Assembly (NCBI GenBank): GCA_963844035.1
Contig: CAWJMT010000004.1
Location: 1-64,000 of the forward strand
Direction of reading: 5' to 3'
Source of the DNA: an uncultured Gemmatimonadales bacterium
GTDB taxonomy: Bacteria; Gemmatimonadota; Gemmatimonadetes; Gemmatimonadales; GWC2-71-9
DNA length: 64,000 nucleotides
Positions within the stretch are counted from its first letter, which is position 1; every line of letters begins with the position of its first letter. This document shows, in pieces, positions 10,557 to 21,898 of the stretch. The notes beneath the pieces were generated by a model. The model was not told where the DNA came from, did no database searches, and saw nothing but the letters and a program-made list of their open reading frames with translations. Made by a program: the position numbers and the translations under genes.

Positions 10557-11801
10557 ATGACCGACATCCAGATCAAGAAGACCTCGGAGGAACCCGGCGC
10601 CGCGATGATCGCGGTCACGGTGCCCTCGGAGCACGTGCGGGCGGCGGAAGATCGCGCGACGACGGACTATCAGCGGCGCGCCCGTCTCCCCGGATTCCGC
10701 CGCGGCAAGGCACCGGTGGCGATCGTCAAGAAGCAGTTCGGCGACGACATCCGGCAGCAGGTGCTGAGCGACATCGTGCGGGAGAGCTGGACCGCGGCGC
10801 TCGCCCAGGAAGCGCTGCAGCCGATCGCCGACCCGCACATTCACAACCTGAAGTGGGAAGCGGGCGCGCCGGTGACGTTCGAGTTTCACGTCGAGCTCAA
10901 GCCCAACCTGAAGCTCGACCGGCTCGGCGGCTTCCGCGTCAAGCGCACCGTCGCCCCGGTCTCGGACGAGCAGGTGACCGCCCAGCTGCACGACATGCGC
11001 GAGCAGCGGGCTCCCTGGAGCCCGGTCGAGGGCACCGAGGCGCCCAAGCCGAAGGACATGGTGAGCGTCACGGTCGCCACGCGGGTGGGCGACACCGTGA
11101 AGGAGCCGCAGGCACACCAGCTGGTGCTGGGCGAGGGGCGCGCCGTCCCCGACGTGGAAGAGCGCATCATGACCCTCACCGCGGGACAGTCGATCGATAC
11201 GACGGTCCGGTTCCCCGACGACTTTGCCGACGAGGCAAAGCGGGGCCAATCCCGCGACGTCCGGATCACGCTGCACGAGGTGAAGCGGCAGCAGCTCCCC
11301 GAGCTGGACGACGCCTTCGCGCGCGAGGTGGGGGACTTCGAGTCGCTGGACGCGCTGCGGAAGGCGGTGCGGGAGGATCTGGAGCGGGAGGCCGCGCGCG
11401 AGGCCGACGCGCGGGTGCGCGCCGAGCTGATCGAGCAGATCGTGGCGGCGAACGGCGTGGTCGCCCCGCGCGCCCTGGTCGATCGCGTGCTGGGCCTGTA
11501 CGCGCAGGCCTACGGCATCCCGGAAGAGCGGCTCGACGGGTTCGCGACGGAGTTCCGGCCGGTGGCCGAGGCCCAGGTGCGGCGCGACCTGGTGCTCGAC
11601 CACGTCGTGGAGCGGGAGAAGCTGCGCGTGACCGAAGCCGAGCTGGACGAGCGGATCCAGGAGCTGGCCAAGCGGCGTAACATGCCCGCCGGCGAGCTGT
11701 ACGCGTCGCTCGAGAAGGCCAAGCGGCTCCGCGACATCGAGCGGGGCCTCACCGAGGAGAAGGTGTTCGCCTACCTCCTTTCGCAATCCACCGTGGAGTA
11801 G
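10557..11801 (+). CDS. tig: Trigger factor
   Basis: [10 protein letters not shown] ribosome-binding motif, FKBP-like domain, upstream of clpP-clpX. Confidence 0.97.
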   Translation: MTDIQIKKTSEEPGAAMIAVTVPSEHVRAAEDRATTDYQRRARLPGFRRGKAPVAIVKKQFGDDIRQQVLSDIVRESWTAALAQEALQPIADPHIHNLKWEAGAPVTFEFHVELKPNLKLDRLGGFRVKRTVAPVSDEQVTAQLHDMREQRAPWSPVEGTEAPKPKDMVSVTVATRVGDTVKEPQAHQLVLGEGRAVPDVEERIMTLTAGQSIDTTVRFPDDFADEAKRGQSRDVRITLHEVKRQQLPELDDAFAREVGDFESLDALRKAVREDLEREAAREADARVRAELIEQIVAANGVVAPRALVDRVLGLYAQAYGIPEERLDGFATEFRPVAEAQVRRDLVLDHVVEREKLRVTEAELDERIQELAKRRNMPAGELYASLEKAKRLRDIERGLTEEKVFAYLLSQSTVE

Positions 11802-11803
11802 AC

Positions 11804-12427
11804 GTGATCGAGAGCCAGATCTATCCGCCCTATATCATCGAGCGGTCCAGCCGCGGCGAGCGCACCTACGACATCTTCAGCCGTCTGCTGATGGACCGCA
11901 TCGTGTTCCTGGGCACGCAGATCAACGATGAGGTGGCCAACATCATCATCGCCCAGCTGCTGTTCCTGGACGCCGACAACCCGGAGCGCGACATCTACCT
12001 CTACGTCAACAGCCCGGGCGGCCTGGTGTCGAGCGGCATGGCGATCTACGACACGATGCAGTTCCTGCGGGCGCCGGTGAACACGATCTGCATGGGGATG
12101 GCGGCCTCGATGGGCTCGTTCCTGCTCACGGCCGGCCGCAAGGGCAAGCGGTCCGCGCTGCCGCACGCGCGCATCATGATGCACCAGCCCTCGGGGGGCA
12201 CCCAGGGCACCGCGTCCGACATCGAGATCCAGGCCCGGGAGATTCTCTACCTCAGGGGCAAGCTGAACGAGCTGTACGCCAAGCACACCGGCAAGGCGGT
12301 GGAGCAGATCGAGAAGGACATGGACCGGGACCGCTTCATGTCGGCCGAGGAAGCCAAGGAATACGGCATCATCGACCACGTGATTGCGAGCTACCAGGAA
12401 GTGATTGACGACAGCAAAAAGAAGTAA
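11804..12427 (+). CDS. clpP: ATP-dependent Clp protease proteolytic subunit
   Basis: [33 protein letters not shown]. Confidence 0.98.
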   Translation: MIESQIYPPYIIERSSRGERTYDIFSRLLMDRIVFLGTQINDEVANIIIAQLLFLDADNPERDIYLYVNSPGGLVSSGMAIYDTMQFLRAPVNTICMGMAASMGSFLLTAGRKGKRSALPHARIMMHQPSGGTQGTASDIEIQAREILYLRGKLNELYAKHTGKAVEQIEKDMDRDRFMSAEEAKEYGIIDHVIASYQEVIDDSKKK

Positions 12428-12467
12428 ACTTGCGCGGGGGGCGAACCCTTCCCATACTAGGAGTTGA

Positions 12468-13718
12468 ATGTCCCACGACAAGCATCTCCGCTGCTCGTTC
12501 TGCGGAAAGTCGAAAGATTCGGTCCGGAAGTTCATTTCCGGGCCGTCGGTCTACATTTGTAACGAGTGCATCGCGCTCTGCAACGAGATCCTGGCGGAGG
12601 ACGAAGAACGGGAAGTTTCTGAGGCGATAACTCAGGTCCCCACCCCCTCCGAGCTCAAGGATGTGCTGGACCAGTACGTGATCGGGCAGGAAAAAGCCAA
12701 GAAAACCCTCGCCGTGGCGGTCTATAACCACTACAAGCGCATCAACTCGCACCAGGCGCGCGAGGGCGAGGTCGAGCTCGACAAGAGCAACATCCTGCTG
12801 GTCGGGCCGACGGGCGTGGGGAAAACCCTGCTGGCGCAGACGCTGGCGCGCATCCTCGACGTCCCCTTCACCATCGCCGACGCGACCACGCTCACCGAGG
12901 CCGGGTACGTGGGCGAGGACGTGGAGAACATCCTGGTGCGCCTGCTCCAGGCCGCCGACTTCAACGTGTCGGAGGCCGAGCGCGGCATCGTCTACATCGA
13001 CGAGATCGACAAGATCGCCCGCAAGTCCGAGAACCCCAGCATCACCCGCGACGTCTCGGGCGAGGGCGTGCAGCAGGCCCTGCTCAAGATCCTCGAGGGC
13101 ACGGTGGCGAGCGTCCCGCCGCAGGGCGGCCGCAAGCACCCGCAGCAGGAATACATCCAGGTGAACACCAAGGACATCCTGTTCATCTGCGGCGGCGCCT
13201 TCGACGGCCTCGAGAAGATCATCGAGTCCCGCACGGGGCGGCGCCAGATCGGCTTCACCAAGGAAGAAGTGGCGAAGGGGACACCCGAGAAGATCAAGCA
13301 GAACCCCTTCAACGACGTCGAGCCCGACGACCTGCTGCGCTACGGCATGATCCCCGAGCTGGTCGGCCGGCTCCCGGTGGCCGTCCCGCTCGAAGCGCTG
13401 GACGAAAGCGCGCTGATGCGCATCCTGGTCGAGCCGAAGAACGCGCTGGTGAAGCAGTACCAGAAGCTGTTCGAGCTCGAGGACGTGCGGCTCACCATCG
13501 AGAAGGACGCGATCCGCGCCATCGCCCAGAAGGCGCTCAAGCGCGGCACCGGGGCCCGCGGCCTCCGCGCCATCCTCGAAGAGCTGATGACCGACATCAT
13601 GTTCGACCTCCCCAGCCGCGACGACGTCCGTGAGGTCGCCATCACCGCGGAATGCGTCACCGACGGCCGGGCACCGCTGCTCGTCACCGAGCGCGTGCGT
13701 CAAAAGAAAGAAGCCTGA
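12468..13718 (+). CDS. clpX: ATP-dependent Clp protease ATP-binding subunit ClpX
   Basis: CSFCGK..ICNEC zinc finger, [25 protein letters not shown] loop. Confidence 0.98.
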   Translation: MSHDKHLRCSFCGKSKDSVRKFISGPSVYICNECIALCNEILAEDEEREVSEAITQVPTPSELKDVLDQYVIGQEKAKKTLAVAVYNHYKRINSHQAREGEVELDKSNILLVGPTGVGKTLLAQTLARILDVPFTIADATTLTEAGYVGEDVENILVRLLQAADFNVSEAERGIVYIDEIDKIARKSENPSITRDVSGEGVQQALLKILEGTVASVPPQGGRKHPQQEYIQVNTKDILFICGGAFDGLEKIIESRTGRRQIGFTKEEVAKGTPEKIKQNPFNDVEPDDLLRYGMIPELVGRLPVAVPLEALDESALMRILVEPKNALVKQYQKLFELEDVRLTIEKDAIRAIAQKALKRGTGARGLRAILEELMTDIMFDLPSRDDVREVAITAECVTDGRAPLLVTERVRQKKEA

Positions 13719-14359
13719 CGGGTCCCACCTTCGTCGGCTCCTTCCCGCGAGCCGACGTCGCGCTCGCTCTCGCGCTCCCCGAAGTCGCCTTCCTCGGCCG
13801 GTCGAACGTCGGAAAATCGAGCCTGATCAACGCCTTCGTCGGCCAACGGATCGCCCGGATTTCCGGGACGCCGGGGAAGACGAGGGCGCTGAATGTGTTC
13901 CAGATACAGATGGGGAAGTGGGGAGTGGGACGACGGGGCAAGCGTAGTGACGCATCGCACCGCCACGTCCCACTCCCCACTCCCCCTTCCCTGTATTTGT
14001 TGGATCTTCCCGGATACGGCTATGCCCGAGCCGCCAAAGGCGAGCTGACGGCGTTCCGCGGATTGCTCAAGCACGTCGTGACGCGCCAGAAGCTCGCCGG
14101 GGTGGTCTGGCTGCTCGACATCCGGCGCGATCCGTCCCCCGACGATCGCGCGATGCAGGACACCTTTGCCGCGGCCGGCACCCGCGTCCTCGCGGCGGTG
14201 ACCAAGAGCGACAAACTGCCGCGCGGCCAGCGGCTGGCCCGGGAAACCGCGCTGCGCGACGCGCTCGGCATGGACGCCGACCAGCTGATCCTCACGAGCG
14301 CCCAGACGGGTGACGGCATCCCGGAGCTGCGCGAGGCGGTGGCAGGCCTCATCGCGTGA
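13715..14359 (+). CDS. engB: Ribosome biogenesis GTPase YihA/YsxC
   Basis: [25 protein letters not shown]; start probably CTG overlapping the clpX TGA; contains a palindromic in-frame insertion. Confidence 0.92.
   Translation: MTGPTFVGSFPRADVALALALPEVAFLGRSNVGKSSLINAFVGQRIARISGTPGKTRALNVFQIQMGKWGVGRRGKRSDASHRHVPLPTPPSLYLLDLPGYGYARAAKGELTAFRGLLKHVVTRQKLAGVVWLLDIRRDPSPDDRAMQDTFAAAGTRVLAAVTKSDKLPRGQRLARETALRDALGMDADQLILTSAQTGDGIPELREAVAGLIA
13917..13981. repeat. G-rich palindromic element inside engB
   Basis: Perfect 16-bp inverted repeat AGTGGGGAGTGGGACG (13917-13932) / CGTCCCACTCCCCACT (13966-13981). Confidence 0.9.
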
Positions 14360-15501
14360 GCCCGACCGATCGAATCCGGCCGATCGGGCCGCGTTCGTAA
14401 GCCACTACCCGCACCTCCGCATGGGCGGCCAGCGGAGCATGGCCCTGCTCATCGAGCACCTCGACCGGCGGGTGGTCGAGCCCCTGGCGATCTGCCCCGG
14501 GCCCGGCGAGCTGACCGATCACCTGACCGCGCTCGACTGTCCCGTCGTGCACATCCCCCTGCACCCGATCAAGCTGCGCACCCTGCCGCGGGTGTGGGAC
14601 ACGTGCCGCCGCATCCGGACGCTCGTCTCGGAGCGCGCGATCGACATCCTGGCGCCCGACGCGCCGCGCGATGCGCTCACGTGCGGCCTCGCCAAACTCG
14701 GCACGCCGCGCCAAGCTCGTCTGGTTCGTCCGGCTGACCGGACCCGACCGGCTCGATCCGCTGCTCGAGCGCCTCGCCGACGGCTTCATCGGGGACTCGG
14801 ATGCCACCCGCCGCCGGTTCTCCGACTCTCAGCGGGTGACCGCCCGCTACCGGACCATCGTGGGCGGGGCGGACCTGCGGCGCTTCCGTCCCCCCGACGA
14901 CCGCGCAGCGCTGCGCCGCGAGCTGGGCGTTCCCGCCGATCGGTTCGTGCTCGCGTTCGTCGGCCAGGTGACGCGCGCCAAGGGGATCTTCGAAATCCTC
15001 GACGCCTTAGGGCAGCTCAGTGCGCCCCGGCCGCTGCTGCTCGTCGTGGGCACACCGCATCCCCAGGGAATCACGGGCGAAATCGAGGGACGGGCGCGGG
15101 CGAGTGGCGTGTGGGGCGACGTACGGCTGCTCGGCCAGCGGGAGGACGTCCAACGCTCGATGCAGGTGGCCGACGTGCTGGTGAGTGGCTCGTACCGCGA
15201 CACCGAGGGCATGTCGCGGGTACTGTACGAAGCGATGGCGTGCGGCGCGGTACCGGTCGCGACCGATATTCCGGGGAACCGCGACGCCGTCACACCCGAC
15301 ACCGGGGTGCTCGTCCCGGAGCGCTCCGCCGACGCCTTGGCTCACGCGGTTGCCGCGCTGCGCGCAGACCCGGAGCGGCTCGCGGCCCTGCGCGCCGAGG
15401 GCGTACGGCGAGCAGCCGCAACGTTCGACATCCGGCTGCACGCCCGCGGCGTGGAGGCGTTCTACGGAGAGTTGCTGAACAACTTGCGGCACGGGGGATG
15501 A
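14356..15501 (+). CDS. Glycosyltransferase family 4, frameshift near 14705
   Basis: MGGQRSMALL N-terminus; FVGQVTRAKG, EGMSRVLYEAMACGAVPVATDIPGNRD GT-B signature. Confidence 0.88.
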
Positions 15502-15542
15502 GAGATGAGCTTCACAAGCATGACCAGGGCTGACGTGTGGGT

Positions 15543-15624
15543 GGCGGGAAGGCGGGAAGGCGGGAAGGCGGGAATGCTCGTGGCGGTATTGCTTGCCGCC
15601 CTCCCGCCCTCCCGCCTTCCCGCC
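15543..15624. repeat. Inverted pair of 8-bp tandem repeats around a start codon
   Basis: (GGCGGGAA)x4 at 15543-15574 and (C/T)TCCCGCC x3 at 15601-15624. Confidence 0.9.
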
Positions 15625-16170
15625 CAACTGCCCGCCGAGGACACCATCCCCACCGGCTACGGCACGCTGCACCGCGACGATGTGGCGGTCCGAATCACCA
15701 CCGACCGGGTGGACATCCAGGTGTTGCCGCTGCGTGAGGGAATCATCCGGCTGCTCGCCCCCGACACGTACCGCTCGCTCAGCACCCTGATCCGCAACCG
15801 CCGGGCGACCATCGATTCACTCGCCCAGCAGGTCGGCACCCGTCATCCGACGCTCGTACTGGTGACGTTTGTCGGGCTGCTCCCCCAGGCGCGGTTCAAT
15901 CCCGAGGACGTAAACCTCGCGAGCGGCGGACAGTTGTTTCGCCCGATCGGCATCGCGCCGGCATCGGCGACCTGGGGGTCCTACCAGCTCGGGGCCCAGG
16001 AACAGGCTAGCGCGATCTATTTGTTTGACGAAGGCATCACGATGCGGGAAGATCTGATCATCAGCTATCAGACCCGTTCGACCACCGCCTGGAATCGCTC
16101 CGCGCGCATCCTCGACCAGGAGCGGCAGCGGGTCGAGTCGCGCATGCGCGCCAGCGCCCCGCCGCAGTAG
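15574..16170 (+). CDS. Secreted hypothetical protein
   Basis: Signal peptide MLVAVLLAALPPSRLPAQ followed by a globular-looking sequence, GYGTLHRDDVAVRI..EGIIRLLAPDTY. Confidence 0.75.
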   Translation: MLVAVLLAALPPSRLPAQLPAEDTIPTGYGTLHRDDVAVRITTDRVDIQVLPLREGIIRLLAPDTYRSLSTLIRNRRATIDSLAQQVGTRHPTLVLVTFVGLLPQARFNPEDVNLASGGQLFRPIGIAPASATWGSYQLGAQEQASAIYLFDEGITMREDLIISYQTRSTTAWNRSARILDQERQRVESRMRASAPPQ

Positions 16171-16180
16171 CACTCCACCC

Positions 16181-18520
16181 TCACGGCTGGACGGTCCACA
16201 CCATCCGCGCCACGCGCGGGGACCCGGGCGTGATGTTGTTGTTGCCGTTCGACTGGGCCCAATACCGCACACCGAAGATGTTTTCGACGTTCAGCTGAGC
16301 CCGCACGCCGCGGCCCAATGACAGGTAGGCCCCACCGTCAACCCGGGTGAACCCCGGCAGGGTCACGGCGTTGTCGATCGCCGCATACATCGAGGACTGC
16401 CGCACGATGCCGGCCGCCAGACCTAAGCCCCGCGTCACGTTGTAGCGGTTCCAGAGCGAGAACGTGTGCCTGGGGGCGGCCGGAACCACAGCGCCCGGGG
16501 CGGCCTGGAGGGTCTGGCTCGTGATCGCGGCATCGAGATACGAATAGCCGGCGAGGACCTCCCACGCCCTGGTCACGTTGCCGGCACCGCTCAGCTCGAT
16601 CCCTTTGCTCCGCTGGCTCCCCGTCTGAATCGTGTGCGTCGGGTCGAGTGGATCGGGCGCGGAGGTATTGGTGCGATCCAGCCGGAACGCCGCAGCGGTG
16701 AGGGACAGCACGCCTCGCACATCCCACTTGGCGCCGATTTCGTAGTTGCGGAACTCTTCCGGCTCCAAGGTCTCGGTCGTGACCGTGAGCGCGGTAAAGA
16801 GGGCCCCGGAGGCGGGCAAGAACGACGTGCCGTAGCTCGCGTATAACGAGAACGGCTGGGCGGGCTTGACCACCAGACCGAAGCGGGGCGAGACCTTCAG
16901 GTCAGTGCGGCTCAAGTCGGCGTCGGTGCGGTTGTTGTGGTAGCTCAGGTCAAAGTTGTCGAGCCGCGCACCCGCGAGGATGGTCAGCTGGGGCGCCAGC
17001 TCAATCTGGTCCTGCACGTACCCGCTCGCGCTCAACGCGGTGGTGTGCGCGTCGGCGTCGGTCGCGCTCTGCCGGAACGTGATGGGCGTGCCGGTCGTGA
17101 TGGGAGACGCGACCGGGACGGAGACCGAGAGGGCCGTGTTGTTGAAGTACCCGGTATTACGAAATGCGTCGGTGGATTGCCGGCCGAATTCGCCGCCCAC
17201 GAGCAGCACGTGCTTCACGCGCCCCGTGCGCCGCGTGATGTTGAGATCGGTTTGGTTGAAAAAGTTGTTGCGCCACATCCGGTTGTTGTAGGCCAGGATG
17301 CTCACGTTCGTGGCGGTAGAATCGACCGGACCGGGATACACGTTCTGGTACATCTTGCGGTAGGCGGAGTACCGCGTGGTGTTGTGAACTTTCAGTCCCG
17401 AGGCGGTTTCGTGGTCGAGCGTGACGGCCCCGGAGTTCACCGTGGCGTCGGACCAGCTGAGCGATGGATCGCCGAAGAACGTCTGCGGTTCGGTCTCGAG
17501 CGGGAGACCGCCGAATGACGGGACGCCGCGGTCCGCCGTGCGGTAGTCCTTGAAGAACTCGTAGCCGAAACGCACCTGGGTGCTGGGCCCGGCAAGCAGC
17601 GTCATCGTGGGCGCGATCGCATAGCGCTCGAGATTGAAGTATTCGCGATAGCTGTCGGAGTTCTCGTACATCCCGCTGACCCGGGCGGCGAACCGGCCCG
17701 ACAGCCCGCGGTTCAGATCGAGCACCGCGCGGCGATTGTGGTTGGCGCCGTATTGCAGCGTCAACTCGCGCCCCTGCGTCCAGGTTGCCTGCTTGCTCAC
17801 GCGGTTGATGAGACCGCCGCCCGCGCCGCGGCCGAAGATCAGTGCGTTCGACCCTTTGGGGATTTCGACCCGCTCCACGTTGTAGAGATCGCGGAGGTAC
17901 TCGACGTCGTCGCGCACACCGTCGATGTACAGGTCCCCGTTGCCGTTGTTGCCCCGGAAGTAAGGCTGGTCCCGGTTCCCTTCCCCCTGCCCCATGGTGA
18001 CTCCGGGGACGTAGCGCGTCACGTCCGCCAGGCTCAACATCGCCTGATCGGCGATCGCCGCGCGGGTGAGCACCGTGACCGACTGGGGGATGTCGCGCAA
18101 CGGAGTCTCAGTCTTGGTCAGCGACCGCGTCTCCTTCCCCTGGTACGGGGAAACGCGTTCTCCCGTGACGGTCACCGCGGAGAGCGTGATCGGCGCGCTG
18201 ATCACGGTGGCCTGCCCGGGGACGCCAACCCGGAACCCGAGGCCGGTGCCCGCCAGCATGCGGCGCAGGCCTTCCTGCGCGGTGAGGCTTCCCGTCACGG
18301 GGAGTGAGTACAGCGTGGCTTCAATCGTCGCCGAGTCGGTGTTGAGCCTCCAACCGGTGAGCGCAGTGTAGGCAGCGAAGGCGCGAGCCATCGGCTGGGC
18401 GGGAAGGTCGAACACGAAGATCGAGTCACGTCGGGCAGGCTGCTGCGTGGCGGCGATGCGGGGCCGACTGAGCGAGCCCGCCAGCACCACCGCTAACAGG
18501 CAGAACCAGCGCTGCGTCAT
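16181..18520 (-). CDS. TonB-dependent siderophore receptor (Fiu/PiuA-like) with N-terminal STN extension
   Basis: FDLPAQPM..GSLTAQEGLRRML STN domain, TKTETPLRDIPQSVTV plug, GEGNRDQ, VERVEIPKGS, NVENIF..PGSPR C-terminus. Confidence 0.93.
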   Translation of the reverse strand: MTQRWFCLLAVVLAGSLSRPRIAATQQPARRDSIFVFDLPAQPMARAFAAYTALTGWRLNTDSATIEATLYSLPVTGSLTAQEGLRRMLAGTGLGFRVGVPGQATVISAPITLSAVTVTGERVSPYQGKETRSLTKTETPLRDIPQSVTVLTRAAIADQAMLSLADVTRYVPGVTMGQGEGNRDQPYFRGNNGNGDLYIDGVRDDVEYLRDLYNVERVEIPKGSNALIFGRGAGGGLINRVSKQATWTQGRELTLQYGANHNRRAVLDLNRGLSGRFAARVSGMYENSDSYREYFNLERYAIAPTMTLLAGPSTQVRFGYEFFKDYRTADRGVPSFGGLPLETEPQTFFGDPSLSWSDATVNSGAVTLDHETASGLKVHNTTRYSAYRKMYQNVYPGPVDSTATNVSILAYNNRMWRNNFFNQTDLNITRRTGRVKHVLLVGGEFGRQSTDAFRNTGYFNNTALSVSVPVASPITTGTPITFRQSATDADAHTTALSASGYVQDQIELAPQLTILAGARLDNFDLSYHNNRTDADLSRTDLKVSPRFGLVVKPAQPFSLYASYGTSFLPASGALFTALTVTTETLEPEEFRNYEIGAKWDVRGVLSLTAAAFRLDRTNTSAPDPLDPTHTIQTGSQRSKGIELSGAGNVTRAWEVLAGYSYLDAAITSQTLQAAPGAVVPAAPRHTFSLWNRYNVTRGLGLAAGIVRQSSMYAAIDNAVTLPGFTRVDGGAYLSLGRGVRAQLNVENIFGVRYWAQSNGNNNITPGSPRVARMVWTVQP

Positions 18521-18561
18521 GATGCCGATCTCCAAGGGCGGGGCTGTTCATGCGATCAAAA

Positions 18562-18580
18562 CGAAATGATAATCATTCTC
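18562..18580. promoter_or_regulatory. Fur box
   Basis: CGAAATGATAATCATTCTC, a 15/19 match to GATAATGATAATCATTATC, upstream of the siderophore receptor. Confidence 0.85.
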
Positions 18581-18595
18581 AACACGCTGGGATCG

Positions 18596-18624
18596 AATGT
18601 ATGGGTCCACCTTTTGGCTGTCAA
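18596..18624 (-). promoter_or_regulatory. Sigma70-type promoter of the TonB receptor
   Basis: Minus strand TTGACA (18624-18619), 17-nt spacer, TACATT (18601-18596). Confidence 0.75.
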
Positions 18625-18704
18625 TAGTTGAGCGATTCTATCGTAATTATTCGCCTCAGGGCGGCTGATGGCGCTAGCCGAGCGGGTCCTTATACTGGCC
18701 CACC

Positions 18705-20815
18705 GTGACTTCCTTCGTTCTCGCCGCCCTGGCGGCGCTCGCGTTGGGCGGGCTCGCCTGGGCCGCCGCAGCATTCCGCCGCCGGCTGGTCCAGAGCGAG
18801 CGTGCGCGCCGGCTGGCTGCCGACGAGCTCAACCGCCGCCTCTCGGAGCTGTTCTCGCTCCAGGAGCTCTCCTACGTACTCTCGGAGTCGCTCGAGCTCG
18901 ATCGCATCGCGGAGCAGGTCGTGCGCTTCGCGATGCGGTTCGTGGACGCTCACGGCGCCCTGGTCGCGCTCGCGAGCGAAGGCCTGGACGACACCCGCAC
19001 GTTGCGAATCGCGGGCGCCGAGGGGACGCTGGCGTCGTTACGCGGCCAGATGGTGCCCGTGGATGACCTCGGTCTCATCGCGCGCTCGGTGGTGAGCGAG
19101 CGCCTGGAGCTGGTCGACAGCGCCACCGGCGGTCCCACCCGCCTCCTGGGCACCCTGCAGGCGGTCACGGCGGTGGCGGTACCGTTGCGGGCCCACGGCG
19201 TGGTCGTCGGGACGCATCGTCGTCACCGAGCCGCGGGGCGGCGTGTTCCCCGCTGAAGACGTGCGCCTGCTGTCGACCGTGGCGACCCACACCGCCATCG
19301 TGCTCGCAAACGCCCGGTTCTTCGACTTGATCCGGCGCGCTAAGGAGCAATGGGAGATCGCGTTCGACGCGCTGAGCGAAGGGATCGCAGTCGTGGACGA
19401 CAGCGGCCGGATCCGCCGCGCCAACCGCGCACTCGCCGGGCTGCTGGGCGGCTCGGTTTCAACGGTCATCGGCAAGGAGCTGGGCCCCGGTCTCCTCGGC
19501 CAGGGCGCCGGGCTCGACGAGCTGCTCGCCGCCGCCCGGCGCAATGAGCGGCCCCTGCCCTTCGTCGCGCGTTCGCCCCACCGGGCGAGGACCTTCCGGG
19601 TCAACGCCGCCCGCATCCCGACCTCGACCCGGGAGCAAAGCGTCGTGGTCCTGATCGAGGACGTCACCGATCAGCAGGTCATGGAGGCCAACCTGGTCCA
19701 GAGCGAGAAGCTGGCGGCCGTCGGGCAGCTCGTGTCCGGCGTGGCGCATGAGCTGAACAACCCGCTGACCTCCATCGCCGGGCTCTCGGAGTTCCTGCTC
19801 GAGCAGAAGGAACTGGGTACCAAGGATCGTGGGCACCTGCGGGTGATCCACGAACAGGCCGATCGCGCCGGGACGGATCGTGGGCAACCTGCTCACCTTC
19901 GCCCGCAAGGGGCCCGCGGAGCAGGCTCCCGTGGATCTCAACGACGTGATCCAGCGTACCCTGGCGCTGATGAGCTACGACCTGAAGCTCAAGGACATCG
20001 CGATCGAGAAGCAGCCTCGCCGCCGATCTTCCGGCGGTGCTGGGCGACCGGCATGCGCTGCAGCAGGTGATGCTGAACTTGCTCACCAACGCCGCCCACG
20101 CGGCCGCGGCCCAACGACCCGTGCGGCCCCCCAAGATCGAGGTCGGCACCTGGGCCGACGACCGGGTGCACGTGCGCGTCGCCGACTCAGGGGCAGGGAT
20201 TCCGGACGACGTGGTTCCGCACCTGTTCACGCCGTTCTTCACCACCAAGGAACCGGGGTCGGGGACGGGGTTGGGACTGTCGATCACGTACTCGATCGTC
20301 GAATCGCACGGCGGGCACATCGCGCTGGAGCGTCCGACCGATCGTGGCGCAGTGTTCCTGGTCGACCTGCCGCTCGCCGGCGACGCGCGCGCCGCAGGCG
20401 AAGCCACCGCAGCCGACGCAACGCCCGCACCGCCCGGCCGTACGGCGCACCATCCTCCTGGTGGACGACGATCCCGCCGTGCGGCGTATGGTCAAAGCGC
20501 TGTTCGGTCGGGAAGGCCATCAGGTGGAGGTGGCGCGCAATCCCGCTCAGGCCCTCGACATGGCGCGGGCGCGCCGCTACGACCTCATTCTCGCCGACAT
20601 GCAGGCGACCGCACGTGGGGCAGCTGTTTGTGGAGGTGCTGGTGGACGCAAATCCCGGACTGCGGGGCCGGATGCTCGTGGCAACGGGAGATATCCGAGC
20701 GGCCACGGAAGAAACGCTGGCGCGCCTCGGACTGCGCTACGTGCGCAAGCCCTTCAACCTGCGCGATCTCCTGGACGAGGCGGGACGCGTGTGGGCGGCC
20801 GAGAGGCTGTCGTAG
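18705..20815 (+). CDS. Hybrid sensor histidine kinase (TM-GAF-PAS-HisKA-HATPase-REC), several frameshifts
   Basis: QSEKLAAVGQLVSGVAHELNNPL, LQQVMLNLLTNA, PFFTTKEPGSGTGLGL, ILLVDDD, RKPF; pieces lie in different frames. Confidence 0.85.
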
Positions 20816-21126
20816 GCTTCGGCGGGCCAGCCGAACTGCATGAGACTCACGGCGCCACCCGGTGCGAACCGGAGGCCTTCACGCAGCAGCAGGGCGCGTT
20901 GCACCACCGCGCCGTGGTCCTTGGCCGGCAGGGAGATGCGGCCCGACGCGTTCAGGACGCGCCACCAGGGCACGTCGGCGTCGTCAGGAAGCGCGGAGAG
21001 CGCCCAACCGACGGTTCGGGCGGCTCCGGGACTACCGGCCAGGCGCGCCACGACCCCATAGGTCGCCACGCGTCCTTTGGGGATCCGCTTCACCACACGG
21101 TAGATCCGACGGTAGACCGGATTCAT
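20737..21126 (-). CDS. Alkyltransferase-like (ATL/MGMT-family) DNA repair protein
   Basis: [23 protein letters not shown] (Trp replaces the catalytic Cys). Confidence 0.88.
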   Translation of the reverse strand: MNPVYRRIYRVVKRIPKGRVATYGVVARLAGSPGAARTVGWALSALPDDADVPWWRVLNASGRISLPAKDHGAVVQRALLLREGLRFAPGGAVSLMQFGWPAEAYDSLSAAHTRPASSRRSRRLKGLRT

Positions 21127-21898
21127 GGGCGCACCGGGTAGCCGCGGCTCGCGAGGAACGCGCGTGCCTCGGGGAGGGTCGTGCCGCGGTAGTGAAACAG
21201 CGTGGCCACGAGGACGCCGTGAGCGCCGGCGTCAAGCGCTTGCGCGAGGTGCTCCAGTTTCCCCGCGCCGCCCGACGCGATCACAGGGATGCGAACCGCC
21301 GCCGAGACGGCGCGAGTGAGCGGCAGGTCATAGCCGTTCTGGGTTCCGTCGGTGTCCATCGAGGTGAGCAAGATTTCCCCCGCACCAAGCTGTTCCAGCT
21401 GGACCGCCCACGCCACCGCTTCCAACCCCGTCGGCTGCCTCCCACCGCTCACCATCACTTCCCACCCTTCCCCCGTCCCCCGTCCCGCTTCCTCGTCTCT
21501 GCTTTCGCATCAATCGCCGCCACCACGCATTGCCGGCCGAACTCGTCGGCCAAGCGGGCGGCGAGCGATGGATCACCGACCAGCGCGGTGTTGGCTCCCA
21601 CCTTGTCCGCCCCGGCCCGCAGCACCGCGCGCGCGTCCTCCACGCTCCGCACCCCGCCGCCCACGGTGAACGGTATGAACAACCGCTCGGCGACCCGGCG
21701 CACGACGTCGAGCAAGGTGGCCCGTGCCTCGTGGCTCGCGGAGATGTCGAGGAACACGAGCTCGTCCGCGCCGTCGGCGTCGTAGCGCGCCGCCTGCTCC
21801 ACCGGGTCTCCCGCGTCCCGCAGCTCCTGGAAGCGGACCCCTTTCACCACCCTTCCGTCAGCGACGTCGAGACAGGGGATCAGCCGCCGAGCTAGCAT
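21123..21898 (-). CDS. hisF: Imidazole glycerol phosphate synthase cyclase subunit, frame break in a G-rich insert near 21470
   Basis: [53 protein letters not shown]. Confidence 0.93.
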
